Source: Ascoidea asiatica JCM 7603 (lineage: Eukaryota > Fungi > Ascomycota). From it: a stretch of 64,000 nucleotides of DNA. Where the stretch lies: assembly GCA_001600695.1 (NCBI GenBank), contig BCKQ01000001.1, positions 643,520 to 707,519 of the forward strand. The letters are read 5' to 3'. Below are positions 44,925 through 57,118 of the stretch, piece after piece; the stretch's first letter is position 1, and every line of letters begins with the position of its first letter. Under the pieces are notes generated by a model. It searched no databases. It was not told the DNA's origin and saw only the letters and a list, made by a program, of their open reading frames with translations. The position numbers were made by a program, and so were the translations under genes.

Positions 44925-47141
44925 TTAACTTCTATTAAGTAAATTTTCTATTGAGATACATTGACAGTCTCTTAATATTCTAATTTTTCCATTTATATAT
45001 CCAGTACCTAATTGTGGTTTATCTCTAGATCCACCAAAACCTAAAGGACTTGGACCCCAAGTTGGAATAAAACAAATAGAGTTCAAAGGGCACACTTCAT
45101 CACACTGATAAAATACTGACCAATTCAATAAATCCAACAATTCTTTTATATCTTTTTTCTTTGAAAGAATTCTTGATTTTATATCTTTACTATAATCATC
45201 GGAAATTAAAGATTCTTGTTTAACATAAGCATTCACAAGTATCTCTTTTGATAAATCAAAATTATCAAAAACTGAATTTATGATTAAATCAACAAGATTT
45301 GTAATTGAAGACCATATTAAAAGATCGGAATTTGATTGAATCGGTTGATAAGGATGAGAATAATCAAAAATAGCATCACTAATAGCATTCAATCTTCTTT
45401 GATTTAAATCAGTTATATTATTATTAAGATATCTTCTAACAAAATTGAAAGTATAAGTTGAAATATTTTTTGCAAGTACAATTTCATCATTCTCATCATA
45501 TTCAGTATAAGTATTATTTAATATAGATAAAATTGGATAAAATTTATCAACAATTAAATTTGTTACCATTTGCCAATTTGTACCATCTATAGGAGAAATG
45601 AAGTTTTGATTTTTTCTAAAGATTTCTTCAATATCATAAATCATTGATTCTTTAGTTGAATTAGTAAAAGATTTTAATCTTCTTTCATAAGTATCTAAAG
45701 ATAAATAAGATCTATTTAAACCTGTAACAAACCCTCTATAATCAATTTGAATTCTTGGATCACCTTCATAATGTGTTGCACCTGCTCTATAATGTTCATA
45801 ACCAGGCATTAAAGATATTATTTGCATTATTTCACTCCTCTTAACTTGATATTTATCAATTTTATTATCCTCTTGATTATCATCATCATCATCATCATTA
45901 TTATTATTATCAGAGTTGAATTTGGAATTTAAACCATTGATTATATCATTATCCTTTTCAGGAAAACCAATAACTTCATTTCCTTTAACAAAAGTAGTAT
46001 TTGAAATTAATTTTATTTTATCAGATTTAAAATCACAAACAATCATTTCAAAACCAATTTCTAATCTTATAATTCCATCTAAACCATTGAATTCTTTTTC
46101 ACCCCATTTACAAATTCTTCTAGCCATTTCTCTTTCTTCCCAACCAGTTACATTATCAGAACTTCTAGATAATAATAATTGAGTATCCATTTCTCCATTA
46201 CTATTTTTTGCAGCACTTGCACCTTCAAGAACTAAAACTTTATTAAATGGTTTTACAACTTGAAAAGTAAATAATGTAGCTTCACCAAAATCAGAAGGAC
46301 CTCTTCTTGGAGGTTTTCCACCAGGAGGTTTATGATCATCTCCATAATTAGGAGCATTAGGATGGCCGCCTGGGCCTGGAGGACCACCGTCAGGAGGACC
46401 ACCATCGTTAGGAGGCCCACCAGGACCGCCGGGAGGACCACCACCAGGGCCACCAGGACCATCGTAAGACGAGTTTCCTCCAGGTCTAGGGCCATGAGAC
46501 CCAGCAGCGAAATTATAACTGAATTCATAATCGAATGCTATCCATTCAGGATTTGAAGGAAATTCATGTCCACCATGATACAAAATTGTACCTGCTGGTA
46601 TATAACCAGTGAAAATAGAAACACCATTTGGATATAAATCATGATTTTTCTGTTTTGCAATACCATTAACAGAATTAAATATTGCAGAAGAATTTTGAAT
46701 ATCTATTGGTTTTAGAAAATTTTTAAAATTTGAGTTATTTATATTTAAATAATTATTATGATTGAATTTTAAATTTTTGCTATATTTAAAAGATTTATAA
46801 TTATAATTATTATTATAATTGTAACTATTATTATCTGAATTAATTATATCAGATATTTTCCAATCTAATTTTTTTATAACAATTGTAAAAATCAAAGCAT
46901 TTATTAAAATACCGATAAAAAATACATATTTTGATAATTTATTTAATTTATTATTATAAAATATTGAATGATGAATATTTGAATTACTTTCATTATTTAT
47001 TTCATGATTCAATTCATTATCTATTTCATTATTCACTTCATCATTTGATATATTTTGAATATTTTGATTGTTGATATTATCCGGATTATCTAATTTTGAA
47101 TAACGAATCATTTTACTCATTTTATTCCTCAAATAATCCAT
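44925..47141 (-). CDS. Uncharacterised type II membrane protein with a large luminal domain and a Gly/Pro-rich loop
   Basis: Single TM (YVFFIGILINALIFTIVI), several N-glycosylation sequons, a Cys cluster near the C-terminus and motifs LYHG, PEWIAF, GASAAK, DGIIRLEIGFE. Confidence 0.8.
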   Translation of the reverse strand: MDYLRNKMSKMIRYSKLDNPDNINNQNIQNISNDEVNNEIDNELNHEINNESNSNIHHSIFYNNKLNKLSKYVFFIGILINALIFTIVIKKLDWKISDIINSDNNSYNYNNNYNYKSFKYSKNLKFNHNNYLNINNSNFKNFLKPIDIQNSSAIFNSVNGIAKQKNHDLYPNGVSIFTGYIPAGTILYHGGHEFPSNPEWIAFDYEFSYNFAAGSHGPRPGGNSSYDGPGGPGGGPPGGPGGPPNDGGPPDGGPPGPGGHPNAPNYGDDHKPPGGKPPRRGPSDFGEATLFTFQVVKPFNKVLVLEGASAAKNSNGEMDTQLLLSRSSDNVTGWEEREMARRICKWGEKEFNGLDGIIRLEIGFEMIVCDFKSDKIKLISNTTFVKGNEVIGFPEKDNDIINGLNSKFNSDNNNNDDDDDDNQEDNKIDKYQVKRSEIMQIISLMPGYEHYRAGATHYEGDPRIQIDYRGFVTGLNRSYLSLDTYERRLKSFTNSTKESMIYDIEEIFRKNQNFISPIDGTNWQMVTNLIVDKFYPILSILNNTYTEYDENDEIVLAKNISTYTFNFVRRYLNNNITDLNQRRLNAISDAIFDYSHPYQPIQSNSDLLIWSSITNLVDLIINSVFDNFDLSKEILVNAYVKQESLISDDYSKDIKSRILSKKKDIKELLDLLNWSVFYQCDEVCPLNSICFIPTWGPSPLGFGGSRDKPQLGTGYINGKIRILRDCQCISIENLLNRS

Positions 47142-47724
47142 TATGATAACGGGCCTTTATTTTATTTCTTAATTTTTTAATGAAATTAAATATAGGTTGT
47201 ATTTACCCATTAAAATGTGATTATTTCCTTGAGGAATAAATATTAGATTTTAAATATATAAATCATTTTCCTTCTTCATTCAATTTTGTATAATTTGACA
47301 TAGATTAATAAATATTTATGATATATTCAGAGAATATATTAATTTTGTTTACCAAGTTGGTATTACTCGTACTGGTAATAGAAATATTCTTATTATTATT
47401 GTTGTTTTTATTACTACCAGCGCTTACCACTGACTGCCTTAAGCCTGTGCTTGTTTTTAAGCCCCGAAGGAAGTGAGAGAGCATGCTCTGCAACTGGTGG
47501 AAGCCACGGAAAAGACCCGTGCAACGGTGATTATATAATCAGACGTATTAATTACGTAATAGAATATATTCTTTAGATATAATTTTAATATTTCATTTAT
47601 TCATATCAAGGTAAAAAATAAAAAAGTAAATAAATAAATAAATAAGAAAGTAAGAAAGAAAGATGATAAAAAATAAGTTTTCATTTAGAAAAAATCATTA
47701 AAATCATTAAATTAATGGATGAAT

Positions 47725-48882
47725 TTATTGACAATCGAGAACATAACGACCAGCAATTTTACCTTGTTCCATTAATTCATAAACTTTTTCTAAATCTTTT
47801 AATGGTACAACTTTAATTGGAGAATGAACCAAACCTCTAATAAAGAAATCAATTGCTTCTCTTGTATCAGCTCTATTACCAACATAAGAACCTTTAATTT
47901 GGATAGATTTAATAACATGAGTGAAAACTTCAGAATGACAAACTGCACCAGCTGGTAAACCAACTAAAACAACAGTACCTGTTGGTCTAACAAATTGACA
48001 AGATTGAGAAATTGCTTTTGGAGAAACAGAAACATTAATGACAGCATGTGGACCACCTTTTGTTGCTTCTTGAATTGCAGCTACAATATCTTTTTCTTTA
48101 CCAAAATCAATAAAAGATTCAGCACCTAAAGATTTAACTAATTTTTCTTTTTCTGCACCACTATCAATAGCAAGTACTCTATAACCCATAGCTTTAGCAT
48201 ATTGAACAGCTAAAGAACCTAAACCTCCACCGGCACCAGATACAGCTAACCATTCACCTTGTTTTGCAGCAGCAGTTTTAATTGCTTTATAAACAGTTAC
48301 ACCAGCACATAAAATTGGAGCAATTTCAGCTAAATCTGCACCTTTGGGGATTTTTGCAGCTTGAACAGCATCTGCAGTTGCATATTGTTGAAATGAACCA
48401 TCATGAGTATAACCTGATAAATCAGCATGAGGACAATTTGGTTCAAAACCTTTTTCACAATATTCACAAGACATACAAGAACCATTAAGCCATTTAATAC
48501 CTGCATAATCACCAATTTCAAAATTTTTAACTTCAGAACCTTTTGCAACAACAACTCCTGCACCTTCATGACCACCAACTAAAGGTAATTTAGTTGCTAA
48601 AGGCCAATCACCTTTCCAAGCATGTAAATCAGTATGACAAACACCAGAATATTTAACATTAACTAAAATTTCAGTTGGTTTTGGAGTTGGTACTGGAATA
48701 TCTTTATATTCTAATTTACCACCATTTGTTTCAAAAATTACAGCTTTTTGAGTTGATGGAATTGCCATATATTTTGCAAAAGATGTTGAGAAATTTTTTG
48801 AAAAATTATATATTAAATTAATTCTTGTTGAATTTTTCAATTGAACAGATGAAAGATTTTTAACAAATGATTGTTTAAACAT
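47725..48882 (-). CDS. ADH3: Zn-dependent alcohol dehydrogenase with mitochondrial presequence (Adh3-like)
   Basis: [15 protein letters not shown], structural Zn Cys cluster and GAGGGLG, plus a 38-aa basic/hydroxylated extension with no acidic residues. Orthology to a specific ADH number is uncertain. Confidence 0.85.
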   Translation of the reverse strand: MFKQSFVKNLSSVQLKNSTRINLIYNFSKNFSTSFAKYMAIPSTQKAVIFETNGGKLEYKDIPVPTPKPTEILVNVKYSGVCHTDLHAWKGDWPLATKLPLVGGHEGAGVVVAKGSEVKNFEIGDYAGIKWLNGSCMSCEYCEKGFEPNCPHADLSGYTHDGSFQQYATADAVQAAKIPKGADLAEIAPILCAGVTVYKAIKTAAAKQGEWLAVSGAGGGLGSLAVQYAKAMGYRVLAIDSGAEKEKLVKSLGAESFIDFGKEKDIVAAIQEATKGGPHAVINVSVSPKAISQSCQFVRPTGTVVLVGLPAGAVCHSEVFTHVIKSIQIKGSYVGNRADTREAIDFFIRGLVHSPIKVVPLKDLEKVYELMEQGKIAGRYVLDCQ

Positions 48883-49399
48883 TTTTAAATAATAATAATA
48901 ATAATAATGATAATTAAATTTGGAATATTAATGGGTTTAATTGGTTATAATAGTTTTATGAATTATAATTGAATTTATGAATATAGATGAATAATTTACC
49001 TTGAATTTAAAATAATCCTAATAAAGACTATTATTTATGATAAGATAATAGAATAATAAGAGAATATTATAATAAAAGAATATAAATAAAAGGAAATGAA
49101 TATATGGGAATATTATCAAATATATATATGTATATGAATTAAATTCAATTCAATTCAATTAAACTGGATTATCGAATTAAAGAACATAATAAAAAATCAA
49201 AATATTCAAAGATAAAAAATAATAAAATTGCTAATTGAACGAGTGATTATTTGTTATTGTTTTGGATAAAGTTAGAAGACAATTCTTGGATAACTGGAAA
49301 GTCAGATAGATTGGAATAAGGCATAAATGTAGTAAGTAGGAATAGTAATAGATTCGAAGCAGGCTTGTTTGGACATTTCTTGGTTTAACTATCAGATCT

Positions 49400-50170
49400 A
49401 TTCTTCATTGGAGTAATATCATATCCACGCCAGAGTTGCACTGGAGTTCCGAGGGTGTGAATATGTCAGACTGTGAAAGTAAGAGAAAATGGTGTCGGAG
49501 ATTAGACAAACTAGCAAACACCCATTTAACATATACTTAATATGAACTAAATACAATGAAAAAGGTAAGAAAAATCAACTTATTCATTAATTCAAATGAA
49601 ATCAAATGGAATAAAAATAGGATTCGATGCTGGGATCACAGATATAGAGATGCAGCGCAGCGTACCCCGCAAAATATAAATAAAAAGCGCGCGCTTCTTA
49701 AGTATGTGTGCGGACTTCGGAGCTGCTGCAAACAGGCTGGGCAACCCCAGGGTGAAAGTCCGACGGAGTCGAATCTCGTAACGAGTCTATCACTTTCTCT
49801 CATGGCAACGTCGGGACTAGGACAAAAATAAAGAACTGGGTAACCAAAAAAATCTAGGACACCAGAGATATTTGTGAGATTTATGTCATTTGTGTCATGG
49901 CACAAAAACGTCTGTTAATTAAGTTATGAAAAAAACAATCAGAAACAATTCAATACTGTATGCAATATCAGCTTCTTTGAAACTGTCTTCTTATAGTCTA
50001 TAAAAACTTCCTTTCGACAATTAAATAACCAGCCAGCCTTACCCCAAGCAATACCCCAAGTGAACCATTAACAGAATTTGAAATCATTACTGTATTGCTG
50101 CCCTTTGAGTCAGTTTGATTTCATTGTAAATGGGGGTAGAAATAGGATGATTAGAATTTTTGGAGGCAAC
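49400..50170. promoter_or_regulatory. Carbon-source control region upstream of ADH
   Basis: Mig1-type CCCCGC+AAAATA at 49665-49676. Adr1-type TYGGRG half-sites at 49408, 49495, 49717 and 50160, and CCCCAA at 50042 and 50054. Confidence 0.5.
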
Positions 50171-51571
50171 TTCTTACTATCTTTGCAATCTCACTGGTAC
50201 TAATTAAATAATCCTAGTCTTTCATGAGGGGTTGAGGCCAATCTACTTTTATGATTCCAGTTCATTAAACCGATACTTATGTTGTGATTTTGCGATTGCC
50301 CTCTTTGAAGATACTTTTCTCACCGGAAACCGTGACTTTGTAAATTTAATATTCAATTTCACTTGCATTTCTTCTTGCTTTTAGAAGGTTTGATAATATC
50401 CTCCACTGCAGTAGCGGTAGCCTCTTTTTCTTCAGAATCACTTCATTCTTCTGATTCATTTAATTTATTTGATTCCAATAGGTCAAACCAATGTTTACTC
50501 AAAAAGTCTAAAAGGAAGTCCGAAATATAGTGGAGTTAACGCTTCAATTCATACTCCACCCCAATATTCTCGAATAAACTAAAATCCATAGACTTAGCGA
50601 GAAACATTTAACTACCATTTTAATGGGTCTTTGAAACTTCTACATAGACCCGCATTCATGGACCCAACCACAAACAAAAAAAAAAGAACATCCACCGTTT
50701 TGGCTTCTTTTTGTGGCTTACTTCTCTTCATGTGACAATCTGTAAGGGGTAATTAGTCTTTATCACTGATTGGCTAGCTGATTTATTTTTATTGGTTCAT
50801 AAACACGGTACACGAGATCCAGATGCGGCAATACTGCCGTGCATGCTGAACACGATGCTCCTTTAACGTAAATCCCTTATAAATTACGTAGTGGTCTTCA
50901 TATTCACTAACAAAAGATAAAATCGTACGAGTTATCATGTTTTTATTTGGTATTTTTAGTTGAAATTAGAATTTCATCAAATTAAAATTCAATATCAAAA
51001 TCAAAACAAGAATAATAATAGGAATAATAATAGAAAAAATAATAATAACAAAAATAAAAATAAAAATAAAGGGTACTTAATGTATTTGAATCAAAAAAAA
51101 TAAAATTTTAATCTAAATTTTATTCTAATTTGTATCTAAATTCCTATTTTTTTTTATATTTGATCATTTCTATTTCATTTCAATTTCAAAATTTATTATC
51201 ATAAGTATTGAAAATATCATTTATCAAATCATCTATGAATATTCTATCCTGTTTTATCCATAATCATTTGTTTATTTCTAAATTATTTTAATCCATTTTA
51301 AATATTCTTGAATCCTTTTAAAGCTTTTTAAATCACTTAAAACAATTTATAATCCCAAATTATAATAAATATGATATTACATTTTGTTTTCATAAACTAA
51401 ATATCTAATCAATTCTATTCTTCTGTTTTGCTTCTTTTAAATTATTCAATATATTTTTTAAAGTATTCACTTCATATATCTTTTTAGTTTTAAAATTTAA
51501 GATCTACTATAAAAAAGTTAAATTAATCTTAAAGAAAGAATTTTTGTATATTTGAAACTCATTATATAATA

Positions 51572-53206
51572 ATGAATTATTTAAATCAATCAGATAATGA
51601 TATAATTAAAAAATTTCAATATATTTCAAACTATGAATCTCAAAAATTAAAATCAAATAAAATTTTGAATAAATTACTGAATAATTCAATTGAATTTAAT
51701 CAAAGAAATAGATATAATAGTATAATTCCATTTAACTATAATAGAGTTAAATTGAATACTATAAATAATTCAATTCATAGTGATTATATAAATGCTTCCT
51801 ATATTAATTTAAATAATAATAACTCAAATAATAATTCAAATAAAAGTTATATTGCAACTCAAGGTCCTTTGAAAAATACTACAAATCATTTTTGGCAAAT
51901 GTGTTATCAATTACATCAAAAAATTATAATAATTATAATGTTAACTCCATTAATTAATGAAAAAAATAATGTAGAAAATTGTTTTAAATATTTTCCAGAT
52001 TCAAACTCAAATTCAAATTTCAATTCTAATCTGGATTTGAATTCAAGTTATAATTCAAATTCAAATGAAATGTTTATTTCAAAAATTGATGGATTTAAAA
52101 GTGATTTAATCTTAAAATTCTTAAATACTCAAAATTTCAGTGATAAAAACTTTAAAATCAATAGATTTTTATTAAAACCTTTAAAATTTAAGAAAAATTA
52201 TTTAAAAAATAAATTATCTCCAATAATTTCAAATGATTATATTAACAATGAGAATGATAATATACAAAGATCAAATAGAGCAAATTTAATAAGTTATTAC
52301 CATGATGACGATACCGATAATGAAAACGATAATAATTATGATGATGATGATGAAAATAATAACGAAGAAAAGTTTGTTTATCAGTTCATTTATGAAAATT
52401 GGACTGATTTTTCAAAACCTCCTTCAATAGAGTCAATTATTCAATTATCTGAAAAAGCAAATGAAATTTTAGATTGTAATAATCAAAAATTCAATAACAC
52501 TATCAATAATAACAGTAATATTATCAATGACAATAATCAACAAGATCAAAATCAAAATCAAAATCAAATACAAAATCTAAGTCAAAATACTTCAATAGTT
52601 CATTGTTCTGCAGGGGTTGGAAGAACTGGAACTTTTATTGCAATTGATCATATTTTATCAAATAAAAAAGATTTTATACCTTTACCTATAATTGATACAA
52701 AAATGAAAAGATCAAAATCAATAAAATCTAATAAATCTTTAAGATCTTTCAAATCAAATAAATCCTCTCCAATAAACTTGAATTATGAACCATTACCATC
52801 TCCAAATTCTTTGAGTTCATCAAATTCCTTAAATAAAAAAATTCAAATAAACTCTTATTATAATTATAATTCAAATAATCCCTCTTTTAATCTTTCAACT
52901 AACAATATACCAAAATTAAATAAAATTAATTTAATTAAAAAAGTTCAAAAAGTTTTATATAATTCAAATTCAAAATCTAATAATAATGATATAATTGACT
53001 TCAGTAATTTTAATTTAAATGAAGATTCAAAATATTCAATTGAAAATTTTCAGAATAATCTCAAAAACTCAAATGATCCAATTGTTGACTTAGTCTTGAA
53101 TTTGAAAAATCAAAGAATGTATATGGTTGAAAGCCAGGCTCAATTTTCTTTTATTTATGAAGTTGCAAAATATTTATACTCTAATAAAGTTCATCCAAAA
53201 AAATGA
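51572..53206 (+). CDS. PTP1: Classical protein tyrosine phosphatase, Ptp1-like
   Basis: RNRY, DYINAS, YIATQGPL, HFWQM, WTDFSKP, VHCSAGVGRTG and QRMYMV. Confidence 0.85.
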   Translation: MNYLNQSDNDIIKKFQYISNYESQKLKSNKILNKLLNNSIEFNQRNRYNSIIPFNYNRVKLNTINNSIHSDYINASYINLNNNNSNNNSNKSYIATQGPLKNTTNHFWQMCYQLHQKIIIIIMLTPLINEKNNVENCFKYFPDSNSNSNFNSNLDLNSSYNSNSNEMFISKIDGFKSDLILKFLNTQNFSDKNFKINRFLLKPLKFKKNYLKNKLSPIISNDYINNENDNIQRSNRANLISYYHDDDTDNENDNNYDDDDENNNEEKFVYQFIYENWTDFSKPPSIESIIQLSEKANEILDCNNQKFNNTINNNSNIINDNNQQDQNQNQNQIQNLSQNTSIVHCSAGVGRTGTFIAIDHILSNKKDFIPLPIIDTKMKRSKSIKSNKSLRSFKSNKSSPINLNYEPLPSPNSLSSSNSLNKKIQINSYYNYNSNNPSFNLSTNNIPKLNKINLIKKVQKVLYNSNSKSNNNDIIDFSNFNLNEDSKYSIENFQNNLKNSNDPIVDLVLNLKNQRMYMVESQAQFSFIYEVAKYLYSNKVHPKK

Positions 53207-54132
53207 ATCTAACTCTATCATTTATATTTTAGTTTTTTTCTTTTTTTTTTTTTTCTTTTCACATTTCTTTAATTCTGCTTCCAATCTTTTCTTAGTTTTT
53301 TTTATCTCTTCTTTTGATATGTTTCTATATTGTGTTTCCTTTGTTGGTTCTTGGTTCTATTTTATTTCTTATATTCCCCGTTCCTTTCAGATAATCTCAT
53401 AATACTTTTATACTAAATTTATTTATTTTACTTTTTGTTATTTGATGGTTATTCTCTGGTTGGTTTAATCGTTTTTTTTTGTTTAGTTTAAGTTTTTCAG
53501 GTTAAGTTTTGTGAGAAATATAATTATTTCCAAAATGGTCATTACAAATATTTTTTTCACTATATATTTCAATAGACAAAGTTTTTTTAATCTCAAAGAC
53601 TACAAATATAACTGAGTATTTTTTTTCATAACGAATGTATATTACTTTTATATAATAATAAAATTATTATACAGTATATAAAATGAATAAATGATGATTA
53701 TAAAGAATGACTAATAGTTAGGACATCAAGGTTATTACCGTAAGCAAAAAAAAAAGAGAAAGAAAAAGAGACAAAGATTATAAAAAGGAAGATTGAAATA
53801 GGAAGGAATTGAAATTGAAACAAACAAAAGTTAATAAAGAATTGAAAACTTTGAAGCAAATAAAATAATATGTAAAAATGTATAATAAAAAAGAAACGTG
53901 AAATAATAGGTTTTAAAAGTTTCAACATAAGCGTTAAAAGAACATATAAATAACGTTATATAAATAAGAAAGGAAACGTTAATTGAGAATTTTTTTTTTT
54001 TAATATAAAAAAATAAGAAAACAGAAAGTCAAATTGAGATTGAGATCAAAAAGGAGATAAAAAGAAGGAAGAAAAAGTAGTTTTTTATTTAAAAAAAATA
54101 TAAATTTCAAATTAAGTTTAAATATTATTCAA

Positions 54133-55069
54133 TTAGGACATGAAACTTAAATCAATTTTTTCAATTGTGAAAATTCCTTCACCTAATTTTTTAAGATAAT
54201 CTAATAGATAACCATCATTATGTAATTGAATTAATTGTCTTGCATTTGCAATTGGTTTTCCAGCAATAATCATACCTGGTAAAATATTTTCATTTGGAGA
54301 CAATTTAAGATGATCATCAAATACAACATCAGCAATATTTGATTTATATAAAGAATAATTTAATTTATCTTCAATTTTAATTGAAGGTATATTAATATTT
54401 ATTGGTTCTCTTGAATTTTCCTTTGTTGTTTCAAGTTCAGATTTAATTTCCTTTTCTTGAGATTGTTGATCAACTGATTGTTCTTGATCGATTTCTTGTT
54501 GTTTTTCAGATAAAAGAGATGAAACTTCATCAATATTTGAGAGTTCATTTTCAAAATTATCATTATCATTTAAAATATCATTTTCAATGTTTTGTTTTTC
54601 AATATCTTCAATATCTTTAAGATCTTGTTTATTATTTTCCATAATAATTTTTTCATTATTAATAAAATTATTTAAATTTTCAATTTTTTCAATTTTCTCA
54701 ATATTTTTAGATAAAAGTTTTAAATTTGATTCTGAATTTGAATTTGAATCAAAATCATAATCCAATTCTTTTTTATAATCTCTTTTAATTTTTAAATTAT
54801 TATTTGAAGTTTGTTTTGAATTTGAAACTAAGTTGTTATTGTTATTGTTATTACTATCGAGTTTATTTAAATTTAATTTGGTATAAAAGGAATTAATATA
54901 AGAAGATAAATCTCTAAAATGAGGATGTTTATCTAAAGATACATAAGTTGGTACAGGAGTTATTTGATAATTAGTTCTAATAATTTTTAATAAATCTTTT
55001 GAAATTTGATTATCATTTGAAATTTTTGAAGAAGGAGATAAAATAATTGGTGAATGATCAATAATTTCA

Positions 55070-55104
<35 letters not shown>

Positions 55105-56088
55105 TTCAGTATTATGATTATTATTATAATCTTTAATTGAATCTTTTATTGAATCTTTATCAGCATAAGTTGAAGAATGTTTATTATTATTAATATTATT
55201 AACAATTAAAGAAGATAAATCCGAATCTATAGAAGGAATTGGTAAATTTTGATTATCCCAAGTGAAAATAACTAAAGGAGATAAAGAAGCAATTGATCTA
55301 AAATCATCAACAGGATTAAATTCATTTTTATTTGTCTTTGAATTTGAATTGGAGTTAGAATTTGAATTATGATTTGCATTTATTATTGAATTTGTATTTG
55401 TGTTTGAATTGATAGATTTATTAATAGATTTATTATTATTAATTGGAGATAATTTATATAATAATTTTATAATTGATAAAGAAGAGAATAAGAAAATTAT
55501 AAGGAAGAAAATGATAAAGAAAAAATTTAAGAAAAATGAATTTTTTTTAATTTTTCTTTTATTTAAATTATATCTTGAATTTGAAATTGATTTTAAATGT
55601 TTTGAATTAAATTTTGATTTTAAATTTTTTTTTGAATTTATTGAAATTGAAGATGAATTACTTAATTGATTTTTATTATGATTGATAAATAAAGAATTTT
55701 TTTCATTCAAATTATTATTATTTATATCTAATGGAGATAAGATATTGTTATTGTTATTGTTATTACTATTAGAATCTATATTATTGTTATTATTATTATT
55801 AATATTATTATTATTGATTGATTGTATATTATTATGATTGTCTATGTTATTATCTAAAGAGTTATCTATGGTGTTTTCTAGATTATTAATGATTATATTA
55901 TTATTAATATTATCATTATCATTATCATTATCATTTAAAATATCAATATTATTATTTAAATCATTCATTCCAGATTCTATATCAATTTTAAAAGAATTTA
56001 GATTCAAATTTGAGTTTTTTTTATCAAATGGATCAAAATTTGAAGAAGTTAGATTCAATGATAAATTATTATTTTTTCTTGAAGACAT
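54133..56088 (-). CDS. Type II membrane protein with a Cys-less Grx6/Grx7-like (Prm4-like) glutaredoxin fold interrupted by insertions
   Basis: TM FFLNFFFIIFFLIIFLF. Segments FNPVDDFRSIASLSPLVIF, YQITP.PTYVSLDKHPH..DLSSYI and LPGMIIAGKPI...QLHNDGYLLDYLK match successive Grx6/7 elements. Confidence 0.65.
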
Positions 56089-56649
56089 TTTGAATTAGAT
56101 TGTTTAATAATTATTTGATTATTTGAATAATGATTTGATTTATTTGAATTTGATAAGTTATAATATCTAATATATTTATATATTTATATATTTATAATTA
56201 TATATTTATATTTATATTTATATTATTAATTTTTGAAGATGAAATGACTTTATAATGGATTAAAAATCTTTATAAAAAAGAAGTGGATAAGAGATTATTT
56301 ATAAAATGAAAATAATCTTTAATTATCTTAGAAGAAGGCTTAAAATGAATATATTTTTGATTTGGACTTAGACCAAAGTAAAAAGGATTGAATAAAAGAA
56401 TAAATTATTAATTAAATAACTAAAATAAGAATAAGAAATAAGGAATAAGGAATAAGAAATTAAAATAGGAATAAGAATTGAAATAGGAATAAATATTTCA
56501 ATTTGAATTGATTTAAGGATTGAATAATAATAAAAAGAATTGAAGATTTGAATAAAAGTGCGATGGAGTGATTTTAGTAGTGAAGAATTATTTTAATTGC
56601 TGGAGATTTGATAAAGCAGTGAAAATTACTGTTATTATTGTAGCAGGGC

Positions 56650-57086
56650 ATTGTTATTAGTGCACACTTCGTTAGTGTGGTTATGTGGGTGTGATTCATC
56701 CCGAAACACGCGGTGGTTTCTTTTTATACAGGTGTGCGCCTGCTCCAGTGCACGTATCCAGGGCTTGGGTGCCGCGGCAGTTGGCAAAGGAGTCCCAAGC
56801 CTTCGGGTATTGAATCTCCTGCCTCGCGGTTCTGATGTATTTTTATTCAGTCTCTTCTCGGTCTTAAGTGTGTTTCCATGAGTCTAGACCGTGGACTGAG
56901 GAAGACCAGTGCAATGGGATCAACCCCAATGGGGATTGGTGCGCATCTAGACATCATTCTGGAACCAGTTAAATGGTTCTGATGTATTTTTTTAATCCCG
57001 TGGCCTTGTTTGTGGTAAGCTTCGAGTCAAGCTGAAGCTTCCTTCGAGGGAATGCCGGGGAAGACATGTTTCTACATTGGGATCCC

Positions 57087-57118
<32 letters not shown>

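Noticed and set aside
49556-49905. Overlapping ORFs and a tRNA-like TTCGA motif upstream of ADH
   Set aside because: The T-stem and acceptor stem cannot be formed, and the ORFs are explained by local GC richness.
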